This document shows positions 33,301-34,598 of a stretch of 34,598 bases of DNA, piece by piece. The position numbers were made by a program, and so were the translations under genes. The notes under the pieces are model-generated. The model made no database searches. It was not told the DNA's origin and saw only the letters and a list, made by a program, of their open reading frames with translations. Every line of letters starts with the position of its first letter. Within the stretch, counting starts at the first letter, position 1. The stretch comes from Octopus bimaculoides. Taxonomy: Eukaryota. The stretch lies in assembly GCF_001194135.2 (NCBI RefSeq), contig NC_068986.1:80896729-80931326 (forward strand). Reading direction: 5' to 3'.

Positions 33301-33457
33301 GTGACGAGATGCCGGAACAGACTTCCACCCCGACATCCGAAACTCTGAGTTTTATTATGGCAACTGACAAATTGTCGCATATCATATTATAGATAAATTC
33401 CTCTATTTACATAATATCGAGGTCTCATTCATTCTTTTGTTGTCATATTATTATTAT

Positions 33458-33458
<1 letters not shown>

Positions 33459-33518
<60 letters not shown>

Positions 33519-34520
33519 NNNNNNNNNNNNNNNNNNNNNNNNNNNNNNNNNNNNNNNNNNNNNNNNNNNNNNNNNNNNNNNNNNNNNNNNNNNNNNNNNN
33601 NNNNNNNNNNNNNNNNNNNNNNNNNNNNNNNNNNNNNNNNNNNNNNNNNNNNNNNNNNNNNNNNNNNNNNNNNNNNNNNNNNNNNNNNNNNNNNNNNNNN
33701 NNNNNNNNNNNNNNNNNNNNNNNNNNNNNNNNNNNNNNNNNNNNNNNNNNNNNNNNNNNNNNNNNNNNNNNNNNNNNNNNNNNNNNNNNNNNNNNNNNNN
33801 NNNNNNNNNNNNNNNNNNNNNNNNNNNNNNNNNNNNNNNNNNNNNNNNNNNNNNNNNNNNNNNNNNNNNNNNNNNNNNNNNNNNNNNNNNNNNNNNNNNN
33901 NNNNNNNNNNNNNNNNNNNNNNNNNNNNNNNNNNNNNNNNNNNNNNNNNNNNNNNNNNNNNNNNNNNNNNNNNNNNNNNNNNNNNNNNNNNNNNNNNNNN
34001 NNNNNNNNNNNNNNNNNNNNNNNNNNNNNNNNNNNNNNNNNNNNNNNNNNNNNNNNNNNNNNNNNNNNNNNNNNNNNNNNNNNNNNNNNNNNNNNNNNNN
34101 NNNNNNNNNNNNNNNNNNNNNNNNNNNNNNNNNNNNNNNNNNNNNNNNNNNNNNNNNNNNNNNNNNNNNNNNNNNNNNNNNNNNNNNNNNNNNNNNNNNN
34201 NNNNNNNNNNNNNNNNNNNNNNNNNNNNNNNNNNNNNNNNNNATATATATATATATATGTATGTATGTATGTGTGTACGTTTATATGTAAGTATTCCGAA
34301 TATTCATTTGCGTGAGTGTATATGGCCATATGTTTCAGTCTTCATTTGCGTATGTATGTGTGTATGTGTGCTTGTCTGTTCATATTACCTATCTACCCAT
34401 CTTTCTGTATGTCTTCCTGTTTACATTCCTATCCATTTATTTATTTATTTGAAATGAACAAAATATGCTTCAACACACGAACTAACATAAAGAATCTTGC
34501 AAACCAAATCCAAAAACGAA

Positions 34521-34598
<78 letters not shown>
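33459..34598. repeat. (CA)n at 33459-33518 and terminal (AT)n/(GT)n at 34522-34598
   Basis: Direct inspection. Confidence 0.9.

Larger units (their letters stand above)
687..34242. other. Ten assembly gaps (N): 687-1458, 3480-3956, 5362-5657, 6098-6114, 7440-7855, 8887-9803, 18577-19439, 26873-27224, 28653-29304, 33519-34242
   Basis: Runs of N totalling about 5.5 kb. Almost all are bounded by simple repeats, and one lies inside Evx intron 1. Confidence 0.99.

Noticed and set aside
381-34457. Dozens of long ORFs made of YI/CV/HT/X runs in the ORF track
   Set aside because: They are translations of dinucleotide or tetranucleotide microsatellites and N-gaps, with no coding signal.

Overview
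AT-rich, microsatellite- and SINE-dense animal genomic DNA with ten N-gaps (about 5.5 kb in total). The repeat landscape suggests an octopus or other coleoid draft assembly; that is an inference. The only host gene is a three-exon even-skipped/Evx homeobox gene on the minus strand (CDS 20102-19862, 16385-16225, 14600-14016; 328 aa). All splice junctions are GT-AG and phase-compatible. The flanks hold a full-length decayed Chapaev3-type DNA transposon with intact TIRs and TTA duplication, and two deletion copies of a DD37D (maT) Tc1/mariner. They also hold a Tc3-like fragment, a mariner MITE, a hAT MITE, a LINE RT relic and at least three tRNA-derived SINE families. Almost all ORFs in the track are microsatellite or N-gap artefacts. 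I see no demonstrably new biological system. The best leads are CTCF-like motifs upstream of Evx, two homeodomain Arg-to-Lys changes that A-to-I editing could reverse, a 40-bp telomeric-repeat palindrome, a SINE that carries an internal microsatellite, and a Nin/Deu-domain-like SINE next to the promoter.
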